DNA of 63,022 nt from Patescibacteria group bacterium (GTDB taxonomy: Bacteria; Patescibacteriota; Gracilibacteria; BD1-5; UBA2023), in the NCBI GenBank assembly GCA_031539165.1, contig JAVKLK010000033.1:1-63022 (forward strand), written 5' to 3'. The notes under the pieces are model-generated. The model worked only from the letters and a program-made list of their open reading frames with translations, ran no database searches and was not told the DNA's origin. Made by a program: the position numbers and the translations under genes. Shown here in pieces: positions 23,058 to 34,966 of the stretch (position 1 is its first letter; each line of letters starts with the position of its first letter).

Positions 23058-23784
23058 GTGACTGGTCTTTATATTTCTTTCAGATATGGAGATATCCGAG
23101 ATAGAGCGTCTTCATATCCGCATCGAATGCATTCCTAAGATCAAGCTGAATTCTTGAAAAGAATATTCTCCAAAAACGAGATTCAGAGAATTTATCACGC
23201 CAAAGATAATCTCGAAGGCACGACTTCAGGAAATGGATATCACAGCTCGAATTTATAAATAAAATAGCAAAGTCCTCTTCTCGAAAGGAGTAGCGTAGAG
23301 ACATAAAATCAAGGATTCCAATATCTCATGTTTCCATCTCAAAGAAATTGGAATTATCGAGACTTCCATGAATTAAAACTTTGCCAGAATCATTTTGGAT
23401 AGCATGAAGCGAAGATAGGGTAGCCCCCAGTTTCCCTCCTGTCTGAACAGAATACGTTGGACGTGTCGCTCATTTGCGCACATTCTCTATCTTGAGAAAT
23501 GAATAAGGTCATAGCTCACCTGAATCAATAATTCTTGGTATACGAATAGAGGAATCAGCAAGCAATTGATAAAAGTAATATTCCTTGTCCCTCTCGTGAG
23601 AAGAAACATAAAATTTATAAACCCACTGATATGCTGGATTAATGCAAACATACCCATAGTTTCCTGTAACTACCCGGAAGCCCTGCCCAGATAAAAAATC
23701 GTTCGGAAGAAGAGAGATAACTTCAGTCTTTCTCTCTTCCAATAAAACTCTTCGAAGCCGAATATCCTGGAAAAAATCGTTCAT
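23047..23784 (-). CDS. APH/choline-kinase-like phosphotransferase-fold protein
   Basis: Track ORFs 23509-23784 and 23080-23304 share a frame, joined through TGA codons. VLIHGSLDNSNFF (compare HGDLGDSNIF of aminoglycoside kinases) and GILDFMSLRYSFREEDFA (DFG-like region). Confidence 0.6.
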
Positions 23785-23840
23785 ACGTTATATAGTACTC
23801 TCTACCCTCTCGTTCTGGAAATTAATTTGCGAGGAAAAAA

Positions 23841-25136
23841 ATGAAACATACACTTCCCTCAAAAAGAAAGTTTTCTGTTAAAATGCCAACATTACTTGAG
23901 TCACTTCTCTGAGAATACGGTTCGCTTCTTGCGTGCTCCTTATTAGAAGTTCCAAGTTTCTCACAAATAGAAGAAATAGTGCAGAATACGGCAGTTCCCT
24001 TATCTACAAAAATTGCTGCAGCATCCAGACTGGAAAATATACCCTTCACCTCAGACGTATTAGATTTTCTTTGAAATGAAGAGATACATCCATCAATCCA
24101 AGCCGTCATAGTCAGTAAGTTTACCTTTGGGAAAGAAGTTAAGATTCTTGATTTTACAGATAGAATAAGTGATCTCCCCCTTCTAGTCCGGGAAGTTTTC
24201 TGGGCAGTTTTACCAATTCAAAGACGTGACATAGCTCAGATTATGAAGTCCACTTTGAGCCTATCAGAAAAGCAAATATTAGCTAAAAGAGCTCGAAATA
24301 GCATGCCTTCTCCAGAGCTATCATTTTGATTTCAAAGAATGCAACACTATCTCTATACCTGAAAGAGAGAAAGTAAATCTAATGCAATTAGTTGATGAAA
24401 TGAAGATTTTGAGAAACAAAAAACAATAATTGCATTGAAATTACATAAGCAAACCGAGCCTATATCAGTCAGCGAATACTGAATCATTACAGAAAATTCT
24501 CACTTCAATTCTTCTACCAGAGAAAAACATGCAGTTGCAGTAAATCGATATCAGCTTTCTCTTCTTCAATGGAAGAATCATTTCAAGATTATACCAAACA
24601 AAAGGAATCTTATTTTTTATTACAGGAAAGAACAGGGGGCTTTTGATCCGCACTACATTGAGATGGTACGCTTCTTAAAATGGTATATAGCTTCTTCCGG
24701 GTCACCACTATATACGGATATAAAGATAGCCCTTCGAGATAGGTCAAGTTTATTGCATGCAAAAAATATTTTCGGGGGAGAAGACTCTGACTATATCAGT
24801 GAAGAGTGACCCTTATTTCAAGCAAAGACAAGTGTTTTCTCAGATATGATTCACTTAAACCATGGAACTCCTGAAAAAACACCAGGGAGTTTAAGTATAG
24901 TCTGAGATGCAATTGCATCAGATCCTGAAAAATACTGCCCGTCATATATCCCCTTGCATCTTCTCTACTTTGGTGGAAGTAACTACACAACGATATATAG
25001 AAACTATAAATGAATACTACCAGGAAGTAACGAACTCGGTTTCCCTATGAATAAAAGTATGCGAGAGATTCTATCAGAGCTATTCGATGCTATAAGATGT
25101 GCTGAACTCACTCAATTGAAAAACGCTTGAATATAA
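23841..25136 (+). CDS. hypothetical protein (431 aa)
   Basis: GAGGAAAAAAATG ribosome-binding context at 23831-23843. The frame is open from 23841 to TAA 25134-25136 only when about nine TGA codons are read as sense. No motif recognised. Confidence 0.6.
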
Positions 25137-25166
25137 AATATTAAAAGTTGCCGAAGGAAAAACGAA

Positions 25167-26516
25167 GTGTACACTTTGAGCATGAAAAATAATCTTCTCG
25201 CCAAAGAAAAAACTACGAAAGAAAATCGAATTTGGGTCAGAATTGCAGCAGCCTGCAATGAGAAATGTAAATTCTGCCTCGATAGCGAAGCGCAGGATGG
25301 TCGATTGATTCCGGAAGATGAGGTAAAGCAAAAGATTCGCGAGGCTTTTGTTGCAGATACATATAATAGAGTGATTCTCTCATGAGGAGAAGCAAGCATT
25401 AATCCAAAGTTTTCTGAGTATATACAGTATGCAAAAGAAATTGGCTACAATCGGGTGCAGACGGTCACAAACGGTAATATGTTCTTCCGAAAAGAATTTT
25501 GTGACAAAGTAGTGAACGCCTGATTGGATGAGGTTACATTTTCAATGCACGGACACACTCCAGAGCTACACGATTATCTTACAGCAACACCCGGATCTTT
25601 TAAACGTGCACTTATCGGAATAGCAAACCTAAGAAAGTATCATCCTCATGTAATACTCAATATCGATATCGTGGTGAATCGACTCAATGTATCATTTCTT
25701 CCAAAAATAGTCTCCTTGTTCTTGAGATTTGGAATTATGGAATTCGATATACTCCAGATAATCCCCTTCTGAAGAGGTTTCAAAGAATTCAAAAATGAGC
25801 TTTTCTATAAAATCGAGGATGTACTCCCTCAGCTTCATGAAACATGGAATCTCTCAAAGATTCCATGAATGTATATTTGGACAAACCGTTTCCCTGCCGA
25901 AGCTTTTGAATGATACGAAGATCTAATACAGGATCCACGGAAAATAAAATCTGAGACTCTCGGAGAAGCAAGAAGTGAATACGATACTTTCATTCAGAGT
26001 CATGGAAAGAAGAAGCCTCGATGCTTCTGAGAAAGATGTGATGTCTGTTTCTTACAGCAATATTGTCATGATTTCCTCAAAAACAAAGATGCTCTTTTAG
26101 ATGGTAGAAAATACATCATTTGAGACAGGGCTTCCGGAGATATATCAGAAGCGGAACTCGTAGTTCTTAGGGGAGAAGAATTTCCAAGTGAGGTATATCG
26201 AAAATATGGGAATAATGGTGAAGAATTCATAGAAAAAATACAATCCCTGAAGCTAACAAAGACACAGCAGATTGTTAACGTACCAAAGTGCATACGAGCA
26301 GAGAATAACTCAGGGCAATATGAATGGTATTGAGATACGAGAGTTATTTGAGATGCTGAAGAATATACCGGACAGTACATTAAGAACTTCTATCGGAAGA
26401 AATCCCCGCGCTGCAAGTCCTGCATTCATTTTGAGAAGTGTGAGGGAATACATATAAATTTCATTCGATCCTATGGATTCCAAATAATGAAACCTATCCA
26501 GAAGAAAGAAGCATAA
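25167..26516 (+). CDS. radical SAM protein with C-terminal Cys-rich region (rSAM-4)
   Basis: Track ORFs 25167-25385 and 25524-25772 plus the downstream frame. AACNEKCKFC (CxxxCxxC). ILSGGEAS with a G encoded by TGA. CFGERCDVCFLQQYC and RCKSCIHFEKCEG near the C-terminus. GTG 25167 follows AAGGA; alternative ATG 25182. Confidence 0.85.
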
Positions 26517-26565
26517 ATCTCTGAAAAAGGTTGCTATTGTCGGAATTTAGGATTATATATTCGGT

Positions 26566-27555
26566 ATGGCAAACATCTGATACATCCAAGTAAATCGATA
26601 CTGCAACAATCAGTGCCATTTTTGTTCAAACCCATCAAACGGAAAAAACATAAGCTATGAAAGAGGGCAAAAGATTATCGATGAGTTTGTATCAAAGAAA
26701 TACAAGGGAATAATATTCACAGGCGGTGAGCCAACTCTATCTCCCGATTTAGCTCGTTGGATAGCATACGCGAAGTCTGTATGAATGGAATCTCGAGTAA
26801 TATCAAACTGAATGCGCTGCTCAGATTTCTGATATACAAAAAAACTTGCAGATGCTGGACTAGAACTCATTCACTTTTCTGTATTTTCGTACAATCCAAA
26901 AGTACACGACTTCCTCACAGATACTCCAGGATCATGGAAAAAACTAATGCTTTCCATATGAAATGCCCTAAAACTGGGTATTAGAGTTCAAATCAATACG
27001 GTCATTAATCGCTATAATCAGAACCATCTAGATGTAACAGTGAAATTTCTCTGTGGACAATTCCCAGAAATCCGTCACTTTGTATGGAACAATCTCGACC
27101 CCCTCATGATGCGAAAAACGGAGATTGCATACTCTACACTTCCAGATTTCTCTACATTTGAGAGGCCACTACAAAAGGCTATGACTTTTTTAGAGGAAAC
27201 TGGAAGAACATTCCGGGTGGAACGGGTACCTCTTTGTTATATGAGAGGCTTTGAGCATTTCTCAACAGAAACCAGAAAGATAGTCAAGGATGAAGAACGA
27301 ATTGTTCACTTCCTAGATGAAAGAGAAGTGGTAGAGCAAAAGTCAGAGTGGTTTTTTCATGACAAATCAGAGACTTGCAAAGGCTGTGATTTGAATGCAA
27401 TTTGTGCTGGAATCTGGCTTGCAAAACCAGCAAATATTTTCTGAGTCGATCATCCATGATATTTCAAAGATATCGAATATAAACCTCAAAAGCTTTCCTT
27501 GCAAGAAAAAGAGCTTATTATCTCAAAAATTAAAAATACTGGCAAATATGCCTAA
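26566..27555 (+). CDS. radical SAM protein (rSAM-5), paralogue of rSAM-4
   Basis: MANIGYIQVNRYCNNQCHFC (CxxxCxxC), FTGGEPTL, HDFLTDTPGSWKKL (compare HDYLTATPGSFKRA in rSAM-4), and C-terminal CKGCDLNAICAG. Includes track ORF 27040-27444. Confidence 0.85.
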
Positions 27556-28435
27556 TATTATTATCAATAATATCTGTAATCAGCGCTGCAGCTATTGTTT
27601 CGCAATGGATAGTATGACAGTGGATAAACTCCCCTTGCAGAATCAATCACTCGGAACATACCTTCAAATATTAAAATTCCTGAAAAAAGAGGGGGAGAAA
27701 GAGGTTCGACTTCTATGAGGTGAACCCCTTCTACATCCAGAAATATCAAAGTTCATAAAAATTGCCAACAAAGGGTGATTCTACACGCGAATATTCTCTA
27801 ATATTAATTTCTCTCCTGAATTTCTCCAGAAAACACTTCAGGGAAATAGCATCCCCAATGCTACTAACTGCAATATCAATAATCGTGATTTCTATTCAGA
27901 TAGCGAGTATGCTCAAGTGAAAAAAAACATTATTTACCTTCGAGAGAGCGGCTGTGATGTAACGATTGGCTACAATGTATACTCTTTAGAAAAACCATTC
28001 TCGGATATAATAGATATTTCAAGGAGCACGGGAATTCGGAGAATTAATCTTAAGGTTACCAATACCGCGTTGGGATCCCCCCTTATTGTTGACACATCAT
28101 CTAGAGAGTTTGGTAAATACTTAGCTACGGCTGTCATTCCATATCTCGGAGAATTTGAGTTCCTATTTTCTTGTTGATTAAGCAAGTCGATTTTCAGTGA
28201 AGAAGAAATTACCACCATGAATCAGCACTGACTTCTGCCAAAATGGTGATGCGATGGAAATATGGGAAAATACGATATAGATGTAGACGGATCAATATTT
28301 AAATGCTTTCCAACTCGTCCCCTTTACCTAAAGAAATCTATTCATATAAGCAATTTCTCTCCGAGACAAAAATCCATAGAAAAATTTGCTCAGCTAGAAA
28401 ACTCTACCGACATATGCATAGCTCATAAACTTTAA
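27548..28435 (+). CDS. radical SAM protein with partial SPASM/twitch-like motif (rSAM-6)
   Basis: ATG 27548 overlaps the previous stop by 8 nt. NNICNQRCSYC (CxxxCxxC). LLGGEPLL with the first G encoded by TGA. GCDGNMGKYDIDVDGSIFKCFP resembles the start of a SPASM domain. Includes track ORF 27917-28177. Confidence 0.8.
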
Positions 28436-28439
28436 ATCT

Positions 28440-29501
28440 ATGTTTCCTTTTACTCTCTGATATTCAGAAAATCCCGTTGTTCAAAAATATCAAGACTTAT
28501 ACGCAAAAGATCTCCTAGAAATAGCAATGGAGCTAGAGACATCTTTTGAGAAAATGGATTCTAAATTTCTCCTTCTTGGAGATATATCAACTACGCTTGA
28601 AGCTTTTCGAGCCAAGGAGTTAGAGGCAAGTGAAGCGCTAAAATTTCTCCAACAAGAGTTTGAATATTGGAAATCGAACTGTAAATCACGTATGTTTTCA
28701 TTTTCATGAAACAGTATCCCTGGAGTAGCAGTGCTTCTCTCAGAAAAAGACGCAAATATCCATGCACGAGTACATGATGGACACCCTGAACATGTGCGAA
28801 CCAATGTCGTTTGATGATGGGGGAAGGTTCCAGTAGAAGACTGGATCACCCTCTATGAGAAAAGCTTTTCAATTCTCAAAACATCCTCACCCTGATTCTG
28901 CAATGAACTTTCATGAATCATAAATAAAATAATTCCAATGGACGTGAGTATCAGGGTACATAATTCTTGCTCGTATGATCGATGCATATGACATCTTTAT
29001 TTAAGTTACCCCTTGGAAATAGATGTCCCCGAACTAGCCGTACTTGAAGCTCTCATACATGAGTCGAACCACAATAAATTAAACCTTATTCTAAAGCAGG
29101 ATCCCCTCGTTCTAAATGGACGTGAAACCAAATATTATTCCCCCTACCGCCCAGATGCGCGACATATTCATGGGATTTACCTTGGACTCCATGCAATGGC
29201 TTGAGTATTTTATACACTATTCGAACTTCACTCAACTGGGAAATATCTTCTCAATCATCGATGGCTAGAGAAGGCAACGGCATACTTCATCAAAGATAGC
29301 CTTTCTATAAAAGTACTCGATCGATATGCACAACTTACAGATCTTGGGAAAACTGTCTATGAAGAAATGAAAGCGGTTCATGAAGAAACCGCGAAAATGG
29401 TTAGTCAGTGTGTAACACCCGATATTCTTAATAGAGCAAAACACATAAATCAGGAGCATTTTATGAAAGTGCAGATGATTCACTCAGATTTGTTATATTA
29501 A
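28440..29501 (+). CDS. HExxH-motif domain protein (family co-occurring with rSAM peptide maturases)
   Basis: ATG 4 nt after the rSAM-6 stop. LIHESNHNKLN (HExxH), then YSPYRPDARHIHGIYLGLHAMA. Joins track ORFs 28527-28709 and 29013-29204 in frame. Confidence 0.65.
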
Positions 29502-30728
29502 TTAAAGGTGGAGGGCACTTTGAATCCAGCGAAGTAATTCATAGAAGATAGACTTCCCTGATACCCCTGTAATCACCCACCCTAAAAATCAGTAAAAGAA
29601 GAAGGAGGGTGGTTGATGCAGAACAAACTCTCGGAATAAAAAGGCTTCTCCATAATCATGAATTCGTTGTTTGAATGCGGAAAGAAGTGTTAGATGTTTT
29701 GGGACAATAGAAAAAACAGGCTGAGAAGTATCTATTGAGAGAAATGAAAGATCATTCTTTTCAGGATTGTAAGCATTCTTCTCACGAGCTATTCTCATGA
29801 AAGAATCCCAAAGTATAGATGTTTCTTTCATTGCAATCAAATCTCATACCCTCAAATCAGAAACAGGAATACGCAAATTTCCTCAAATCAATGTCCATAT
29901 ACTACGAATCCTAGGAGAGAAATAAAATATCTTCTCTAGAAGAAAAACTGATACTGTCTGCCAGAAAAGAAAAAATATTCCAGCAATAAGAAGTACAGAA
30001 AAGTACGATTGAATAAATACCAAAAGAGATTTATTTTGGAAGCTTTCAAATAAGACGGCAAGTATCATAAGAAGTGTTCCAAATAGAAGCACTCGGAGCT
30101 GTTTCAAAGTGAGTTTTGGAAGAAGAATCATGAGTATTCATGCCTTCATAATCAAATAATTCTCTCTACCAAAACTCACTATAACCCTATCAATATCTAC
30201 GAGTAGCCCCAGTCCAAATGGTGATGCAGAGAGGAAAAAGAGAGATGAGAAAACAAGCATTCTAATTCACTGAATTCCCCAAGAGCGAAATTTAAACGGG
30301 TGTTCCTCTAAGTTTGGAAGAATTCAACCTAAGCCAAAAAAAAGAAGTATTCGTTGAAAGATTGCCAGCAGAAATACTCCTGCTGCCATATTCGACAGAA
30401 GAGCGAAGGGAATGCTTTTAAGAAAACCTATACAAAATATAACACCAAGAGCGAGAATATTTTCAAGCTCCAAGATACGCCTCACATAAACAAAAAATCA
30501 GAGGGAGAAAAAAACAATCAGTGTTAGATAGTCATGAGTGGCTAACTCCGGTCCTAATTCGTGCCTTACCAAAAGGAGGCCAAAGATACAACTCACGAGA
30601 ATCGGGACAATTCAGTACTTTTTTTTCTCAAGGAAACATAGAAATAAGAGTACTACAGCGAAAACCCCCCATTCAATGGAAATGATTGGAGGGATTCCAG
30701 AGAATATAGTGGGGGGAACTCAAGGCAT
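29502..30728 (-). CDS. polytopic integral membrane protein
   Basis: Joins track ORFs 29883-30131 and 29589-29840, extending upstream to ATG (rc 30726-30728) through TGA codons. About 8 hydrophobic segments and a soluble C-terminal part. The start is 1 nt after the upstream stop. Confidence 0.6.
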
Positions 30729-30729
30729 T

Positions 30730-33642
30730 TTATCGAATCGAACTAAGAAGCGGTGGTGGGTCCTTAATGAAATTTGGATTATATTCTATGACTACGGGAA
30801 ACGCGGCGAAAGAATCAGTCGTCGTGCTGATAGTGCGTAGTCTTGGGGCAGCGCCAGAACAATTCCCGTCAAGATTACACGTTGCCCCTCCCATAACCTT
30901 CGTAGTGGTATATCGGTTTGGTATTTTAATTCAAGCAGTACCACCAGAATTTTCTGCATCAACCAAGGTGTATCGACGGAGGAAATTTAAATCATACTTT
31001 TGAGCAAGATCTCGGTCACAAGAAGCATTTCCAATAATAGACGGACAGTACACCGGGCTCTTTGTAGCACCTCCAAGAGAGTTTGCGCTGATTACCGATC
31101 CATAGATATAGAGTTGATTCTGAAGCTTATCAATTCCGACACCCGCTCCAAGCTCGTCTGTTCCATCAAATCCAACAAGTGCTCCATCAGCATACAGAAA
31201 TCCTGATATGTTTGTAACAGAAGGATCAATGTAAATATTTCCTCCTTGTCCCGAATCGTCTTTTAGGGCAATAATAGCAAGATTCCCTCCCCCTGTATCG
31301 TACGCAATATTTGATCGAATAAATACATTCAATCCCTTCGTGACAATCGTTCTCTTCCCAGAAACGGTATATACCCCCGAAGCATCCTGAAGCGAAAGTC
31401 TCTGCCCTCCCGATGTAGCTTCATAGAGATATACTACTCCGTCATCTTGTGCAATGGATGCTCCATTAAGCATACTTCAGGATGTGATGCGACCGGCAGC
31501 CATATCAGAAGAACTCAGAGAACCAGAAACAGGCTCTGTTCGAAGTGATCTTGTGCCAACAGAGGCAGCTCGACGAATAGCCAATCGAGTATCTTCCTTC
31601 GAAACTCAAGACAATACGGTCACATTCTCCGAGAATTGATTCGTTGTAATCTGATTTGCCTCATCCGATGCGGTGAGTCCAACTATTTTTACTCCATTTT
31701 GGAGCGTAGTACTCCGAACATCTCCCCAGTAACTCGTTTTTCAAACAACGGGGCCATTTATAACAGCCCTCTTTCCGTCAAAACTGTACGCAAGGTGGGT
31801 AGAAAATACCGTGTTATTCGTTCGTCCAACTGTTGTTCCTGGAATCTGCTCCAGTGTAGTGTAAAGGGGGCTTTGAGTGGAGCTACTCGATGAAGGAAAT
31901 GCAAATTGCTGAGCAAGAAGATTTCGAGATACCCCTATGCTCGCATTCTCCATTGAAAGATGGTCTGTACCAGCATGAAACGTGAAAGAAGGTGTAGATG
32001 AATTATCTACAAACTGAACAGAAATTTCAGGAGAAGCAGCATTCAATGAAGTCTGACTTTGTATTGAAAGAGTGCTCTGCTGAATTGTTCCCTCGATTAA
32101 TCCACCCGTTCGTATGTCTCCAGTAAGTTCCAGAAGATACGGAACTTTCCATTTCCCATCAACAGACGCAGAATCAGAAACTACCGTGTTTGTAAACTGT
32201 GGATCAGTGACTCGAATTCGCATCTCATTAAGCGTAAACGCAGACGATGAATCCGAAGGAGTTGTACCTGGAGCATACCCGGATGCCGTAGGAGCATACG
32301 CTGAAAAGTTCACTCGATACTTTCATGAGTTCACCCCATTTGAAGTAAGTACTCCTGGAATAGAGAACGTCTCCGTACCTACTGGAGCAATGGGTATACG
32401 AACCGAACTCGGATTAGCTGTATTAGAAACAAATACGGCTGAGTCATCTGCTCGTGTATGTTGGTTTAAGTAATTCGTGTTTTTGTACGTAAACTCTTGC
32501 GCAAGAGTTCGATTAATTCCCGATGCAGGAAGAATAGGATTTCCATACCCATCCCTCAATACATACGTGAGTTCATACGGTGTTCCATTTGCTACTGCAG
32601 AACCAGGAGAAATGCTATTACCATCTACTGAAAGCGTTGGGGCATGCATTGGATTTGCATACACCACATAGGAGAATCCTGCCGATCAGCCTGCACAGTT
32701 CCCTGCAGCATCACATACTTGAGTAATATTCCACTGATAGGGGCGTCCAGCATTGCTCAAGTTCTGTCGAACATTGCTGATATCTCCCGTATATCGAATC
32801 GTATAATCTGTCGTAGTTCCAGAAACTGGAGTTTGAGCATTAGTCGTTGCATTGGTAAAGTTTCCCGACCAGCTTGCAAGAGGAGAGCCGGCTCCATCGC
32901 TATATACTGCTGAAAATCCCTGAGCACTGTTTGCTACTAAGTTTGGTCCACCAGAAGAATCGGTGAAGTTCCCCGTTGTTACAACCGGTGGTTGTGTATC
33001 AACACGGTATGTGTTCGATCCATAGCGAGGAACAGAGAGATTTCCTGCCCCATCAACAGCAATCGCAGCAAATTTATAGGCCCGGTTTCTATTGGAACGG
33101 GCAGAATCCGTATATACAATTGATGTGTTTGCGGTCAGTCCTCCAATCTGAGTATACGAAGTCCATCCACTCGAGAAATCTGGAGAAGCGTCCGAGTATG
33201 AAACGTAATAATAGTATCCCGAAAGGTTCGATCCTCCATAATCGGATGCTGTTACCGACACAGAAACACTCGGGTTGTTTGACCATCCATCCGTATAATT
33301 CACTGAGGCGGCCGATGGAACTGTGGCATCCCAGTACTGACACCCAATTCATCCAGCCCAAGCACTGTATACTCTAGCCTGTGCAAGATACTGTATACCG
33401 TATGTACCTGGATAGAGACTATCGAGAGAAGGGTTCGGTCCAGTGCCGTCAAACTGACCATCAGCAGAACACTGGGTAATGCTTGAGCCTGTAGAAAGAG
33501 AATACCCGCCATACCAAGCAGCAGAAGTGGTCTGCATGCAAGCAAGAAGGATAAGTATGCCACATGAAATCTGGCAAGAAATCTGAATTAGGCGTGAATA
33601 TCTCATAAAAGGGGAGGTAACACCCCTATAGTAGTACATCAT
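30730..33642 (-). CDS. large secreted/surface protein (~970 aa)
   Basis: Five track ORFs (33349-33642, 32686-33303, 32323-32667, 31741-32313, 30931-31473) share one frame, joined only by TGA codons. Signal-peptide-like MRYSRLIQISCQISCGILILLACMQTTSAAW (alternative start 33606). Ser/Thr/Gly/Asn-rich, beta-rich repeat-like segments such as NTYRVDTQPPVVTTGNF. Confidence 0.7.
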
Positions 33643-33663
33643 TTTTAAAGTGCAACCCCGAAA

Positions 33664-34281
33664 CTATTGAGCTGGAAGAGTGAGCGGTGGCTTCGGAAGA
33701 TTCTGGATTCGTGCGCGACAAGCGGACTGCGCATTCGATGTAGTAAGGGCTTTGCAGAATTCCTCTGTCACACGAGGCAAAGAGAGATTTTGAACTTGTT
33801 GGATCTCACAACTCTCTCGATATATTGAACCAGAAGCATTCTGATATATATCCTTACAGGCAGATGGACTCTCGGATTTTGAAGCGGTAAAGTGTTTCAC
33901 CTGAAGCGTGCAGGCTTCTATTTTCTGAGAATCTCCAAGAGTGGCGCAAGATTTGGCATCTCCTGAACGCTTTGCGAGTTCCAACTTTACTGAATCTTGG
34001 CAAACTTGTTTAATTCAAACATCTTCAAAAACATCACAACCAGACTCATCAGTTGCCGTTTTTGCGATAGAGGCGGCTACCTCTCGCCCACAGATTTGAC
34101 TCGCCTGAGCTACACAACTCCGATAGGTTGGATTTCTGTCGAGATCGGCACCAATCGCCTCAATGCTTGCCTTGGGATCTGGAGCAGGAGGGAGTCCTGG
34201 TTGAGTAGGAATATCCGATTTTGTACAAGAAGCAAGGATAAGGAGGCTTACAGCCAGGCCGAAAAAAGAGAGAGATCGCAT
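33664..34281 (-). CDS. Cys-rich lipoprotein
   Basis: Track ORFs 34015-34281 and 33664-33984 joined by TGA (rc 34015-34017). Signal peptide with lipobox LILASC. Regularly spaced Cys. Confidence 0.6.
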
Positions 34282-34387
34282 GGAAAAAGATTACTCCCCC
34301 ATCATACTGGGGAATCTGATGATGTGCAAGCAGAAATACAGTTGCAATACAAAAGAAGGGCCATACACTTTCAGTTCTTTCGAAATA

Positions 34388-34966
34388 ATGCGATATATCC
34401 TTACTTGACCCCCTTGTAGCGGGAAAACATCTCTCAAAGAAGCCTTACGTTCAACTGGAGTTCGTGTAGTGGACGAAATTCAAATGCGCTGTATCAAATG
34501 ATATGTCGATACTCTCTGATGAGAGCAAGAGTGGAAGAATTGGATTCGTCCAAATGGAAAAATGCATGAATCACACTTCCGAGAATTCATGACCCGATGT
34601 CTGGATCTTCAAATGGAAGAGGAGGAGCATACATGAATGAGTGCTCCTGTCGTATTTGATAGAAGTGCTCTTGATTGTTTGAGTTTTTTAGAACTTCGAA
34701 ACATTCCGTGAATCCGGTACGAATGGCTAAAGATTGCACGACATATAGAGCAAATCTGATGATACCAGCACATCTTTCACTGTGCGATGATAGAATCAGA
34801 ATTCTCTAAGAGAACGGCAGCAGGAAGAGTAATAACATCCGATGAGGCTCAAGCCTTTGAAGCAATAAATCAACGCAATTATCAGGCATTCCCCCAAAGC
34901 ATTCTTCCTGAAATGGATATTCAAAGTCGTGTGAATGCAGTATTAACTGTTATACAGAAGGCATAG
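34388..34966 (+). CDS. P-loop ATPase (AAA_28-like)
   Basis: Invisible under the standard code. MRYILTGPPCSGKTSL, with the Walker A G encoded by TGA 34406-34408. VVFDRSALDCLSF. Ends TAG 34964-34966. Confidence 0.7.

Noticed and set aside
23822-24109. 95 aa minus-strand track ORF
   Set aside because: With table 25 the plus strand carries a 431-codon ORF (23841-25136) with a good RBS covering this interval. The short antisense ORF is better explained as a shadow frame.
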